Assembly (NCBI GenBank): GCA_964455655.1
Contig: CAYVWZ010000002.1
Location: forward strand, 24,502-88,501
DNA length: 64,000 nt
From: Candidatus Woesearchaeota archaeon
GTDB taxonomy: Archaea > Nanobdellota > Nanobdellia > SCGC-AAA011-G17 > JACPNG01
Direction: 5' to 3'
Part shown: in pieces, positions 30,013 to 38,581 of the stretch
Layout: each line of letters opens with the position of its first letter
Position numbering within the stretch: the stretch's first letter is position 1
Notes under the pieces: model-generated
What the model was told of the DNA's origin: nothing
Databases searched by the model: none
Seen by the model: only the letters and a program-made list of their open reading frames with translations
Made by a program: the position numbers and the translations under genes

Positions 30013-30794
30013 CGTATAATTTCAGCAACGCCACCCTGCTTTTTCATTTCTTTAAGAATAAACTCTCCAATATCATCCATACATTTCTCAGCAGATTTAA
30101 AATCACGAGAATAAAGAACTAAACGATATTTTGGAGCACCAACATACATAATCTCCAAACGGAAATTCTTCTTCTTTGCTACTTCTTCAGCACCAATAAG
30201 AACTGACTTGATCACTTCAACACCATTACTCTTCATAGTGCTTAGTGTAACCGTACCAATAACACTGACTTCAGGAGGTTTTATTTTTTCTCTTACTGTA
30301 GAAATTAAATCAGTCTTTAATGTATCAGGAACTTGCAATTCTTTCCACTCAGTTCTTTGATCAACAAGCTCTTGGAACGCTTTTGACAATGAACCATATT
30401 TTTGAACAAGAGGAGTACCAATCTTTTTGTACATTTCTTCTATAGGGATTTTAAGTTTCTTACCTAAACCCTCAAGAATCTTTTCAGCCTTTTCTTCAAA
30501 TTGTAATTCTTCCAATTTGTCTTTGCGTTGTCCCAAATTAACACGCCTTAATGATAAGTCAATATGATTATTTTCCCTATTCACTTTGAGAACTTTACAC
30601 ACCAATTTTTTGTTTTCTTTAACAAAATCGCGAATATTCTTTACACGACCAGGAGTAACTTCAGAAATATGAATTAATCCCTCCATACCATCATATTCAT
30701 CAATAGTAACGAATACAGAATGGGGAAGAATTTTTGTAACGGTACATAAGACAAGCTCTTCTTCTTCAGGAAAACCTTTCTTTTTATACCACAT
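30009..30794 (-). CDS. eif2a: translation initiation factor aIF-2 alpha subunit
   Basis: S1 domain LVLCTVTKILPHSVFVTIDEYDGMEGLIHISEV. About 260 aa. Confidence 0.85.
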   Translation of the reverse strand: MWYKKKGFPEEEELVLCTVTKILPHSVFVTIDEYDGMEGLIHISEVTPGRVKNIRDFVKENKKLVCKVLKVNRENNHIDLSLRRVNLGQRKDKLEELQFEEKAEKILEGLGKKLKIPIEEMYKKIGTPLVQKYGSLSKAFQELVDQRTEWKELQVPDTLKTDLISTVREKIKPPEVSVIGTVTLSTMKSNGVEVIKSVLIGAEEVAKKKNFRLEIMYVGAPKYRLVLYSRDFKSAEKCMDDIGEFILKEMKKQGGVAEIIR

Positions 30795-30974
30795 TTATTC
30801 TAAGACCTCTAAAATACGCGCTTTGATTCTCGACTTACCACCAGAAGGCTCAGCAAGAACATCATTACACACGAGGCAAGGAATATTTACAGCAGTCTTT
30901 CCAAAGATAACTTGTTCGTTCTTACATTTAGCGCAACGTACACGGATGAACTTGCTCTTAGATTCAGTTGTCAT
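30795..30974 (-). CDS. rps27e: 30S ribosomal protein S27e (59 aa; below the ORF-track cutoff)
   Basis: Own translation: MTTESKSKFIRVRCAKCKNEQVIFGKTAVNIPCLVCNDVLAEPSGGKSRIKARILEVLE, with a C4 zinc ribbon. Sits upstream of eif2a as in the conserved cluster. Confidence 0.8.
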   Translation of the reverse strand: MTTESKSKFIRVRCAKCKNEQVIFGKTAVNIPCLVCNDVLAEPSGGKSRIKARILEVLE

Positions 30975-30994
30975 AGCTTCAAATCGATAAATCC

Positions 30995-31005
30995 CCTTTA
31001 AAAAG
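30995..31005 (-). promoter_or_regulatory. TATA-box-like TTTTTAAAGG about 25 nt upstream of the S27e start
   Basis: Minus strand reads ccttttTAAAgggga, followed by a short spacer and then the ATG. Confidence 0.3.
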
Positions 31006-31010
31006 GTTGC

Positions 31011-31019
31011 TCTTGAGGG
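31011..31019. repeat. 9-bp target-site duplication TCTTGAGGG (left copy)
   Basis: The identical 9-mer sits immediately outside both inverted-repeat ends (see 32306-32314). Confidence 0.6.
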
Positions 31020-31163
31020 AACCTAGTCCGGTAATATAAGGATTTGTCCGGATATAGCGCGGCCCTGTCCGGTAATTATTTTATTTTTTGTTCTTTGTCT
31101 ATTTTTTCACGTATTGCTTCAAGAACAAACTCGGCTCTACTACGATAAGCTTTCTTACTCGTT

Positions 31164-31610
31164 TTGTATGCCTTGTCAATAAGATCTATGAGTTCTGCTG
31201 GTACTTTTCATGATAGTCCTATGTTTGAAACTCTTGTTGGAACGGTTATCAATAACGGTTTTACACTAACTACCTTATTGGCTGATGCTGGTTATTCTAG
31301 TAAGAATAATTACCTTTTTTGTAATGATAATGGTATTCGTGATGTGTATATTGATTTTCCTAAACATGTTACTGGTAAAAAACCTAAGAGTGATCTTTGG
31401 AGGAAGAAGTTTGAACAGTTTAAGAATAATCATGCTTCTTGGAAAGAAATATACAGATACCGTAGTATTGTTGAAAATGTCTTCTCGAGCATTAAGATGA
31501 AGAATCTTAATTATTTACGATCAAGGAATATTATAGCACAAGATAATGAATTATTACTAAAAGCGCTCAATCATAATCTTACGATTCTTGGAAGATATTT
31601 TCATGCTTAG
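31164..31610 (+). pseudogene. IS4/IS5-superfamily (DDE, YREK) transposase, C-terminal fragment
   Basis: LLADAGY (second Asp region) and YRYRSIVENVFSSIK (Y-2-R-3-E-6-K). Only 148 aa from a TTG. In-frame stop 18 nt upstream. No N-terminal domain found in any frame. Confidence 0.55.
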
Positions 31611-32021
31611 CTTATACTTTAGTCATGATTGTATAATGATCAGATCATGATATCTGTATTTCGTGTCTAGAACGGCTGTATTATATAATTTGGGAAAAAC
31701 CTTATAAACAGGTGAAACATGGGTGCGAGTAAGAAGAGCTGATCTGCTCTTCTTCTGCAAAAAATTGAGAGTGATAAAAAATAACCTCATCTAGGGTGAT
31801 TTAGAGGTTGTTATTCTTTATCATATTTAAATCTTTTGCGGGTAAAATAGCGTGAGCTGTATTATCCTGAATAAAATGTTATTGTCACTATTTTTGACCT
31901 CATGGTATTAAGGTTAAGAGTGCTGACTCCAATCGTCAGCTCCTCCTAACACAATGTGATATCTAAAGAGTATCTAATGTTTGCCTTAACTCCTTGAGAA
32001 AAAGATTGGAGGGGGTGTAAC

Positions 32022-32165
32022 ATGACTATACCAATATTCCATAAGATAGCGATAGCAGTCTTACTTGGGGTGCTTGTTGCTTTTGGAACTTTTATGTTTT
32101 CAAAGCATAAGTGGTTGTCCCAGTTTTGTGGTATTGGAATATTCCTAGTAATACTTTTGTGGTAA
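32022..32165 (+). CDS. small hydrophobic peptide (47 aa, two TM segments), uncertain
   Basis: Strong RBS GGAGGGGGTG 5 nt before the ATG. MTIPIFHKIAIAVLLGVLVAFGTFMFSKHKWLSQFCGIGIFLVILLW. Lies inside the IS-like element. Confidence 0.25.
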   Translation: MTIPIFHKIAIAVLLGVLVAFGTFMFSKHKWLSQFCGIGIFLVILLW

Positions 32166-32305
32166 CTAGGGATATCTGAACTATGAATTAAGCACCTTTT
32201 TTTATTTGTGGTGAGACACCGCATTAGGTATCTACTGTGGTACTCATCACTTTTATACTTTTCTGAAAATATTATTCGGACGTTATGTTATTTTCGGACT
32301 AGGTT

Positions 32306-32314
32306 TCTTGAGGG
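32306..32314. repeat. 9-bp target-site duplication TCTTGAGGG (right copy)
   Basis: Identical to 31011-31019. Confidence 0.6.
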
Positions 32315-32399
32315 TTTCCACCTTTCTAAAGGACATGTTAGAATAAAGGCAATCTATAGTCTAAATCTATAAAAGGAATATGCCTTATGGGAGTGCCCA

Positions 32400-33140
32400 A
32401 TGCAAAAATCGGTGATACTGGTGATGATATTCTTAGGCACTCTTCTTATGAGCAGCATCGCTCTTGCCGCAGATCCACAATCCTTGAAATTTAACGGAAT
32501 AAATAGTTCTGTCATCATACCAGACCATAGCAGTCTAGACGTGTACCAAAATCAATTTAGTATTAGTCTATGGATTTATCCAAGAGCATTCGATAATAAT
32601 GTCTTACCAAGAATCATTGAGAAAAAAAGCGAATACATCGCAATCATGGGAGACCCAACAAATTCACGCTACAAAAAACTTGCAATGGAATTGCAAAGCC
32701 CAACAGGAAACACTGTAGAATTCTGGAGCAATAGCACCTTAAAATTAGAAACATGGCAACATGCCACCTTCGTCTATGATGGAATTAAAGGAACATGGTA
32801 CATTAATGGAATACCAACAGGAACTAAAATGCTCACGATCAAAGGAGAATGGACTGGAGAAGAACAATCCACCAAAGGATCAAAAATATATCTAGGAAGG
32901 AGAACATCAGACGTATCAAGAAACTTCTACGGAAATCTAGATGAATTACGAATTTACAATAGAATGCTCACACAAGAAGAAATAACCTCTATTTACAAAT
33001 CAGGAAGAATCAATAATCCAAGCTTAACCACTAATGGACTAGTTGTTTGGTACCCGTTTAATGAAAGCAAAGGAACAATACTCCACGACCAAGTACAGAA
33101 TTTGAACGGAAATATATCTGACGGAAAGTGGACGTACTAA
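32400..33140 (+). CDS. secreted concanavalin A-like lectin/LamG-domain protein
   Basis: Signal peptide ending ALA-ADP. LamG_3-type motifs FSISLWIYP...GNLDELRIYNRMLTQEEI. Confidence 0.6.
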   Translation: MQKSVILVMIFLGTLLMSSIALAADPQSLKFNGINSSVIIPDHSSLDVYQNQFSISLWIYPRAFDNNVLPRIIEKKSEYIAIMGDPTNSRYKKLAMELQSPTGNTVEFWSNSTLKLETWQHATFVYDGIKGTWYINGIPTGTKMLTIKGEWTGEEQSTKGSKIYLGRRTSDVSRNFYGNLDELRIYNRMLTQEEITSIYKSGRINNPSLTTNGLVVWYPFNESKGTILHDQVQNLNGNISDGKWTY

Positions 33141-33142
33141 TC

Positions 33143-33454
33143 TTATTCAAACACAGGTTTTTTCATACGGACACCGCCGTTTTGAACCATTGTTTTATTA
33201 CATTCTTTACATTTAAAACGAAGATCAACCTTCTTAGAAGACTTCGCTCCCGTACGCTTGAATTGAGAAATTGCTTTACGAGAATAACGACCCTTATTAC
33301 CAAAACCAGCCTTTCCAGAACTTCTTGCTGCAAGTCTTACTAATGATCCTTTTTTGAGAGATGAACGCTCACGTTTCTTCGCTTGAGCAACTGCCATTTC
33401 AGTATACTTTTTACAATGCTTACAATATTTTTTTGTAGTTTTTGGGATTTTCAT
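33143..33454 (-). CDS. rpl44e: 50S ribosomal protein L44e
   Basis: YCKHCKKYTEM...KGRYS...RFKCKECNKTMV carries C4 zinc-binding pairs plus a basic region. About 100 aa. Confidence 0.75.
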   Translation of the reverse strand: MKIPKTTKKYCKHCKKYTEMAVAQAKKRERSSLKKGSLVRLAARSSGKAGFGNKGRYSRKAISQFKRTGAKSSKKVDLRFKCKECNKTMVQNGGVRMKKPVFE

Positions 33455-34062
33455 ATGATTTTTGCCTTTTCCTTCTTTATTAATACATCAGCTACGGCTT
33501 TTGGAAGGGAAGCAACATCTTCTTCTTCAAAGGGACCATAGACATTGAGGTCTGTACCTACGAATTTCGGTACGGCCTGGACAAATCTCACCGTTTTTAA
33601 CTCTTTTGGTGTAACATCAGAATTAGGTTTTAAGGCCTCTCGAGAGGGTATTTTAGGCGTTTTAGCCTCTAATAAACTCATCAAAATCTCTCTTCTGAAG
33701 AGATTAAGGCTTTCTAAAACAGCAAAATAGAACTCTTTTTCGATCTCTAACATGATAGAGAGATCAACAACTTCACTCGTTCTTGACTGAAATAATGCCA
33801 AATCAATAATCTTGAACTCTCTCCTCTCATAAAATTCCCTTAGAATCCTTTGAATATTATCCAACTGTTTCTTCGTCTTAAGAGTCTCTGATGCAGTAAA
33901 CACACTAGCCTTCTTTTCTTGAGATTCCAGAATTGCCTTTTTTTCTGCTAAATACTTCGCAACTTTATCATAGAAATCTTTGTCTAATTTCACTAAACTA
34001 TTCGTTCCCTTTTCTTCACGAAGCAAATCAAATAATATTTCGTAGGTAATAACTTCACTCAT
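33451..34062 (-). CDS. GINS complex subunit Gins51-like (DNA replication)
   Basis: N-terminus YEILFDLLREEKGTNSLVKLDKDFYDKVAKYL resembles the archaeal Gins51 N-terminal helical domain. About 200 aa. Confidence 0.4.
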   Translation of the reverse strand: MSEVITYEILFDLLREEKGTNSLVKLDKDFYDKVAKYLAEKKAILESQEKKASVFTASETLKTKKQLDNIQRILREFYERREFKIIDLALFQSRTSEVVDLSIMLEIEKEFYFAVLESLNLFRREILMSLLEAKTPKIPSREALKPNSDVTPKELKTVRFVQAVPKFVGTDLNVYGPFEEEDVASLPKAVADVLIKKEKAKII

Positions 34063-34488
34063 AGGAATTTAGAAGTTCATGAACCCTATATAACCTTTCT
34101 TTCACTTGATTAGTTATATTCTCCAACAAGCCACTCCTTTCTTGAACTCTAATATATTAGCTATAAATTTAAATAGTTTTAGAATATTCTAAACACATGC
34201 CTCAAGCATTATATCGGTGGCGCTAGAACACAGCTTAATTCTTTTAGCTTGAGTAGTATTAACAACATTACCAAACATACTTTGCCAAAAAGGCAGGAGG
34301 AACTACAATGAACTTAAGAACAAAAAACCCTCTTACTTCGGAGGGAATTACAGAAAAACGATTAGCTTATTCTCGTTGGCGTTTCAATTAGAAGAGTTGA
34401 AAACCCAAAATCTTACTTCAACAATGAAGGCTCACAAAAACTTGAAGAAATTGTTGCTGTTGTAAGATCTGCTTTTGGAAAAGAACAG

Positions 34489-35001
34489 ATGGACTATCAG
34501 GACATTTATCTCCATGCAACAGTGCCCGAAATAGTTTTTCTTGCAGAAGAGCAAAACAGAGTCTTGGCTATGGCTAGCTATACATCTACAATACTATCAG
34601 GGATTCCCTCTCTTATTGTAGAAGGAGTAGCGATTACTCCTTATGCACAGGGAAAAGGAATTTTTGCTCAATTAACAGATACAGCAAGAAAAGGAGAGTC
34701 TGCAGTCTGTCTCAGAACACAAAATCCAAGAATGTATAAAGCACTGCAAAATTATTGCATTGTGACATACCCTGAAAAATCTGAAGTACCTTCTGCAATA
34801 GCAAATTTGAGATCGGCACTTGCCCAACATCTTGGATGCACCAGCGATGAGCGAGGAATAATACGCAAGTATTATGGAAGTCTTTTCTATGGGGAAGAAC
34901 CAACACATCCTCACGCAACATCCTTCTTCAAAAAAGAGTTAGGACTACATATTGAAGAAGGTGATGCACTACTCTGCGTTGGATTCGGGAGATCGCAATG
35001 A
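34489..35001 (+). CDS. GNAT family N-acetyltransferase (possibly N-terminally truncated or frameshifted)
   Basis: Motif A-like VEGVAITPYAQGKGIFAQL. Frame is open upstream to 34366 with no start codon. A separate frame carries an SD+ATG at 34308. Confidence 0.5.
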   Translation: MDYQDIYLHATVPEIVFLAEEQNRVLAMASYTSTILSGIPSLIVEGVAITPYAQGKGIFAQLTDTARKGESAVCLRTQNPRMYKALQNYCIVTYPEKSEVPSAIANLRSALAQHLGCTSDERGIIRKYYGSLFYGEEPTHPHATSFFKKELGLHIEEGDALLCVGFGRSQ

Positions 35002-35705
35002 ACCTTGCTATAGTTTATTGCATACATGGCAATGAACCCTACGGTCTGGAAGTTGTTAAAAAACTTCCAGGCATCCCTTCTTTTATAGGAAACGAACACG
35101 CACTAAAACAACATAAGAGATTTATTGACACCGATCTCAACAGATCATTTCCCGGTGATCCTTTAGGAAATCATGAAGAAAAGCTTGCACACACCTTACG
35201 TTCCCAACTAACAACATTTGAGTACGTGCTTGATTTACATTCGTCTTCAAATGAATGTCCTCTCTTCGGAATTATTACTTCCCCCTCAAAGAAAAAGATA
35301 TCCTTTGCAAAAAGATTAGGTCTTCAGCGATTAATAATTATGACCACTTCTGTTGCTAGCGGGAAGGCACTTATTGACCATGTGGACTGTGGGATTAGTC
35401 TTGAGATCGGGCCTCATACTAGAGAAGAAAACATCGACGAAGTTGTAACACATATACGCAGACTTGCCTCATCAGAACATTTTGACATTCCCCTAGAGAT
35501 ATATGAAGTATTTAAAATTATAAAGAAAGAACGATGCAACATACTTATAAAAAACTTTGAAAGAGTACATAAGGGACAACTTATTGCAAAAGATCATCTT
35601 GGAGAACAATATGCTGAGAGTGATTTCATAGCAATACTTGTTAATGAATCCGCCTATAAAGACATACTCTGTTTTGCAGCAAAGTCAACAATCTCTTATG
35701 AATGA
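34998..35705 (+). CDS. succinylglutamate desuccinylase/aspartoacylase (AstE/AspA) family zinc hydrolase
   Basis: IVYCIHGNEPYG...DLNRSFPG...DLHS match the AstE_AspA zinc-ligand pattern. Overlaps the GNAT stop. Confidence 0.6.
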   Translation: MNLAIVYCIHGNEPYGLEVVKKLPGIPSFIGNEHALKQHKRFIDTDLNRSFPGDPLGNHEEKLAHTLRSQLTTFEYVLDLHSSSNECPLFGIITSPSKKKISFAKRLGLQRLIIMTTSVASGKALIDHVDCGISLEIGPHTREENIDEVVTHIRRLASSEHFDIPLEIYEVFKIIKKERCNILIKNFERVHKGQLIAKDHLGEQYAESDFIAILVNESAYKDILCFAAKSTISYE

Positions 35706-35754
35706 ACATCAGAACAACATATTTATAAGAGAATAAGAATATCTTCCAAGAATA

Positions 35755-36336
35755 ATGGCTGCAACCATATATATTTTTCGTCATGGACAGACAACGTATA
35801 ATCGTGATGGAATTTTTACAGGCCATGTCGATGCTAAATTGACTAAGAAAGGACAAGAAGACGCAAAAATTCTTGCTGAACGCCTCAAACATAAGAAGAT
35901 CCATGTTGCATTCTGCACTAGTTTATCACGCTCACGAGATACTTTGAAAGAAATCTTGAAGTATCACCCTGAATGCAAACTTATTCTCACTGATGATCGC
36001 ATGATAGAAAGGGATTATGGAAAATTAGCTACTCAAACACACTGGGAAGTTGTTAAACATTATGGAACAGAACATTATGATTCATGGCATAGAGACTTCA
36101 AGAAACGCCCACCAAAGGGAGAATCATTCGCAGATGTTGAAAAAAGAGTACAAAACTTCTTGAAAGACCTCAAAAAATTAGCAATCAAAGAAGAATTGAA
36201 CATTGCAATCTCCGCACATGGAAATTCAATACGATTATTTAGAAAAATTATGGAAAAATTAAACGTTCATCAAACAACACAACTCGAAATTCCTTACGAT
36301 AATTTTTACGAATATCAACTTTCATCACGACGATAA
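35755..36336 (+). CDS. histidine phosphatase (phosphoglycerate mutase-like) family protein
   Basis: IYIFRHGQTTYNRDGIFTGHVDAKLTKKG is the RHG catalytic motif. Confidence 0.75.
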   Translation: MAATIYIFRHGQTTYNRDGIFTGHVDAKLTKKGQEDAKILAERLKHKKIHVAFCTSLSRSRDTLKEILKYHPECKLILTDDRMIERDYGKLATQTHWEVVKHYGTEHYDSWHRDFKKRPPKGESFADVEKRVQNFLKDLKKLAIKEELNIAISAHGNSIRLFRKIMEKLNVHQTTQLEIPYDNFYEYQLSSRR

Positions 36337-36554
36337 GAAATTTTTTCAAAAAGAATAACTTAATAAAGCATTGATACATAGAAAATCATATCATATAAAG
36401 AGGTGGAACTCATGGCTGCAAAGAAAAAGAAAGCTGCTAAGAAAAAATAATTTAGTGGCATGATTTATCTCATCCTCTTATCACAAACTCAACTCGTTTA
36501 TTTTTAATTTTTTTTAAGAAAACCATAAAAAACCATTGTTCTTTCAATTTCTTC

Positions 36555-37538
36555 ATGTACATCCTTAAAGAAAGACCAGAAGATTTCATTGTAGAAGAAG
36601 AACTAACATTAGATCTTGATCCTAAAGGAGAATATACTTACTTTATTCTTAAGAAAACGAACTGGACAACACTAGACGCGTTAGATGCTATTTCGCAGCG
36701 TTTACACGTTCCTATAAAGAGATTCAATTATTGCGGCATTAAAGATAGAAACGCAATAACCACACAGTACATCTCCGCACACCGTGTTGCAAGAGATAAA
36801 CTAGAATCCATACGCATCAAAGATATAGAAATAATTTATGTAGGAAAAGGGAACGAACGATTAAAACTAGGCCAATTAACAGGGAACAAATTCACTATTA
36901 TTGCTAGAAATCTAGATAAAATCTATAATCCTATAACCTTTGTAGAGAATTATTACGACGATCAACGATTCGCAGGAACTAACCATCTTATCGGAAGAGC
37001 ATTTGCCAAAAGAGACTGGAATGAAGCATGTGACATTCTCAAACTCAGAGTAGATAATAACGACCCTATGGGAACCCTTCGAAGAAACGTTACAAGAAAA
37101 ATGTTACAATTCTACCTTAATGCATATCAAAGCTACTTATGGAACGAAGTTGTACGAAGATATTTAGAAACACAATACCATGAAAACTGGACAGCTGATT
37201 ATCATGGAGGAATACTCGTATTTAGCAATGAACGAGTAGAAAATAAGATTGTGCCCCTACTAGGATACTTAATACAACTACGAGACGAAGACCTTAAACC
37301 CTATTATGAGACTATCATGGACGAAGAAGGAATCAAACAAGAAGTATTCTTATTCCCAGAAATGCCAGAATTACGATCTGAAGGAAATGAACGAGACATG
37401 TTCTTAGAATTAAAAGACTTCAAAATAAAATACGAAAATGATCGAGAACATAAAGGGAAAAAATTAGCAACCATGCAGTTTACCTTACCAGCTGGAAGTT
37501 ATGCAACAATGGTGCTAAAAAAATTATTTAGCCAATAA
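36555..37538 (+). CDS. truD: tRNA pseudouridine synthase TruD/Pus7
   Basis: MYILKERPEDFIVEE...YFILKKTNWTTLDALDAISQRL...FNYCGIKDRNAITTQYIS matches the TruD N-terminal and catalytic-Asp region. Confidence 0.7.
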   Translation: MYILKERPEDFIVEEELTLDLDPKGEYTYFILKKTNWTTLDALDAISQRLHVPIKRFNYCGIKDRNAITTQYISAHRVARDKLESIRIKDIEIIYVGKGNERLKLGQLTGNKFTIIARNLDKIYNPITFVENYYDDQRFAGTNHLIGRAFAKRDWNEACDILKLRVDNNDPMGTLRRNVTRKMLQFYLNAYQSYLWNEVVRRYLETQYHENWTADYHGGILVFSNERVENKIVPLLGYLIQLRDEDLKPYYETIMDEEGIKQEVFLFPEMPELRSEGNERDMFLELKDFKIKYENDREHKGKKLATMQFTLPAGSYATMVLKKLFSQ

Positions 37539-37539
37539 C

Positions 37540-37956
37540 ATGAAAACTGATGATTTTTTTGAAGCACTTAAAAGAGAACTTCCTTCATGCTCTGTAGGAA
37601 TTCAAGTACCCGCAGAATTCTATGAAGCTTGGAAACCTGACTCTAATGAACACTGCACTGAAGAGCGTATGAGGCGATTAGTTAGAGAACACTTTACAGG
37701 CCTTGATATTGTAACTGAAGGTATAGCCTCCATGAGCGGAACTGGAGTTTCTCCTGGAAGCTTTGTAGTAGGATTTCGTTCTCAGCATTTTATTTCTGTT
37801 ACAACAAATCAAAGCGATCGCGCTGTTTTAGATAATTTATCCGCTGTTGTTGCTATTTGTTATAGGGGGCATGCGGCAACACCAGAAGAGGCAACAAAAT
37901 ATGTTAGTTTCTTAAAAGCATATTTTTCAGAACCAAATGACATAACCTTTAAATAA
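37540..37956 (+). CDS. hypothetical protein
   Basis: 138 aa. Its start is adjacent to the truD stop. No motif recognised. Confidence 0.4.
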   Translation: MKTDDFFEALKRELPSCSVGIQVPAEFYEAWKPDSNEHCTEERMRRLVREHFTGLDIVTEGIASMSGTGVSPGSFVVGFRSQHFISVTTNQSDRAVLDNLSAVVAICYRGHAATPEEATKYVSFLKAYFSEPNDITFK

Positions 37957-37977
37957 CGATTTTCTAAAAAAATAGCT

Positions 37978-38547
37978 ATGAAAAAAATATTGTTAGTACT
38001 ATGCTTAGGACTATTCTTAGTAGCATGCACACCACAACCAACAACTGAAAATAATCTACTCCAAAGTTGCACTCATAAAACCCCTAATATTGTAAGCAAT
38101 GGTTTAGGAAATGATACTGAATTATTGCAACAAAGTATTATAGAAAATTTTGGACTAACACCTGAACAATATACTCTAACCTGCTTAGACGCAGACTTTA
38201 CTCGAGGAGGATATATCAAAGCTCAAGGAATTTATAACAATTCAACATTCACCCTCTCCTATGATCCAGGATTCTGTAGCTCAGGAGGATCAGACTGCGG
38301 ATGGAGCATTTCATTACAATCAGACCAAGAAGAACTCTTGAATAAAGTTCGACTACTCACCTGCCAAAAAATCTTTGATGTCCATTATCAAGATGCTGTC
38401 AACTGTGAAGGAACCATCTTTGATGCAACAAACGACACAAGAACAGCATGCATCAACGGACTGTTTGAAAGCGAAGAAAACGGAAAGAAAACCTTTAGTG
38501 TTATCCAACAATCAAACCGCTGCGATTCCTTTGCAATTCGAGGATAA
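37978..38547 (+). CDS. hypothetical lipoprotein (Cys-containing)
   Basis: MKKILLVLCLGLFLVAC lipobox. Confidence 0.5.
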   Translation: MKKILLVLCLGLFLVACTPQPTTENNLLQSCTHKTPNIVSNGLGNDTELLQQSIIENFGLTPEQYTLTCLDADFTRGGYIKAQGIYNNSTFTLSYDPGFCSSGGSDCGWSISLQSDQEELLNKVRLLTCQKIFDVHYQDAVNCEGTIFDATNDTRTACINGLFESEENGKKTFSVIQQSNRCDSFAIRG

Positions 38548-38581
38548 CAACCTTTAAAAGAATTTAGTTCTGAATAATAGA

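Larger units (their letters stand above)
31020..32305. mobile_element. IS-like element (about 1286 bp) with 12-bp terminal inverted repeats AACCTAGTCCGG / tCGGACTAGGTT, subterminal GTCCG repeats and a truncated IS4/IS5-family transposase
   Basis: 11 of 12 IR matches. Flanked by 9-bp direct repeats. Three GTCCGG copies at the left end and two GTCCGA copies (reverse complement) at the right end. Internal ORF has a YREK signature. Confidence 0.6.

Noticed and set aside
36413-36451. 12-codon poly-Lys mini-ORF MAAKKKKAAKKK with a GAGGTGG RBS
   Set aside because: Too short and low-complexity to support as a gene. It could be a chance ORF in an A-rich intergenic region.
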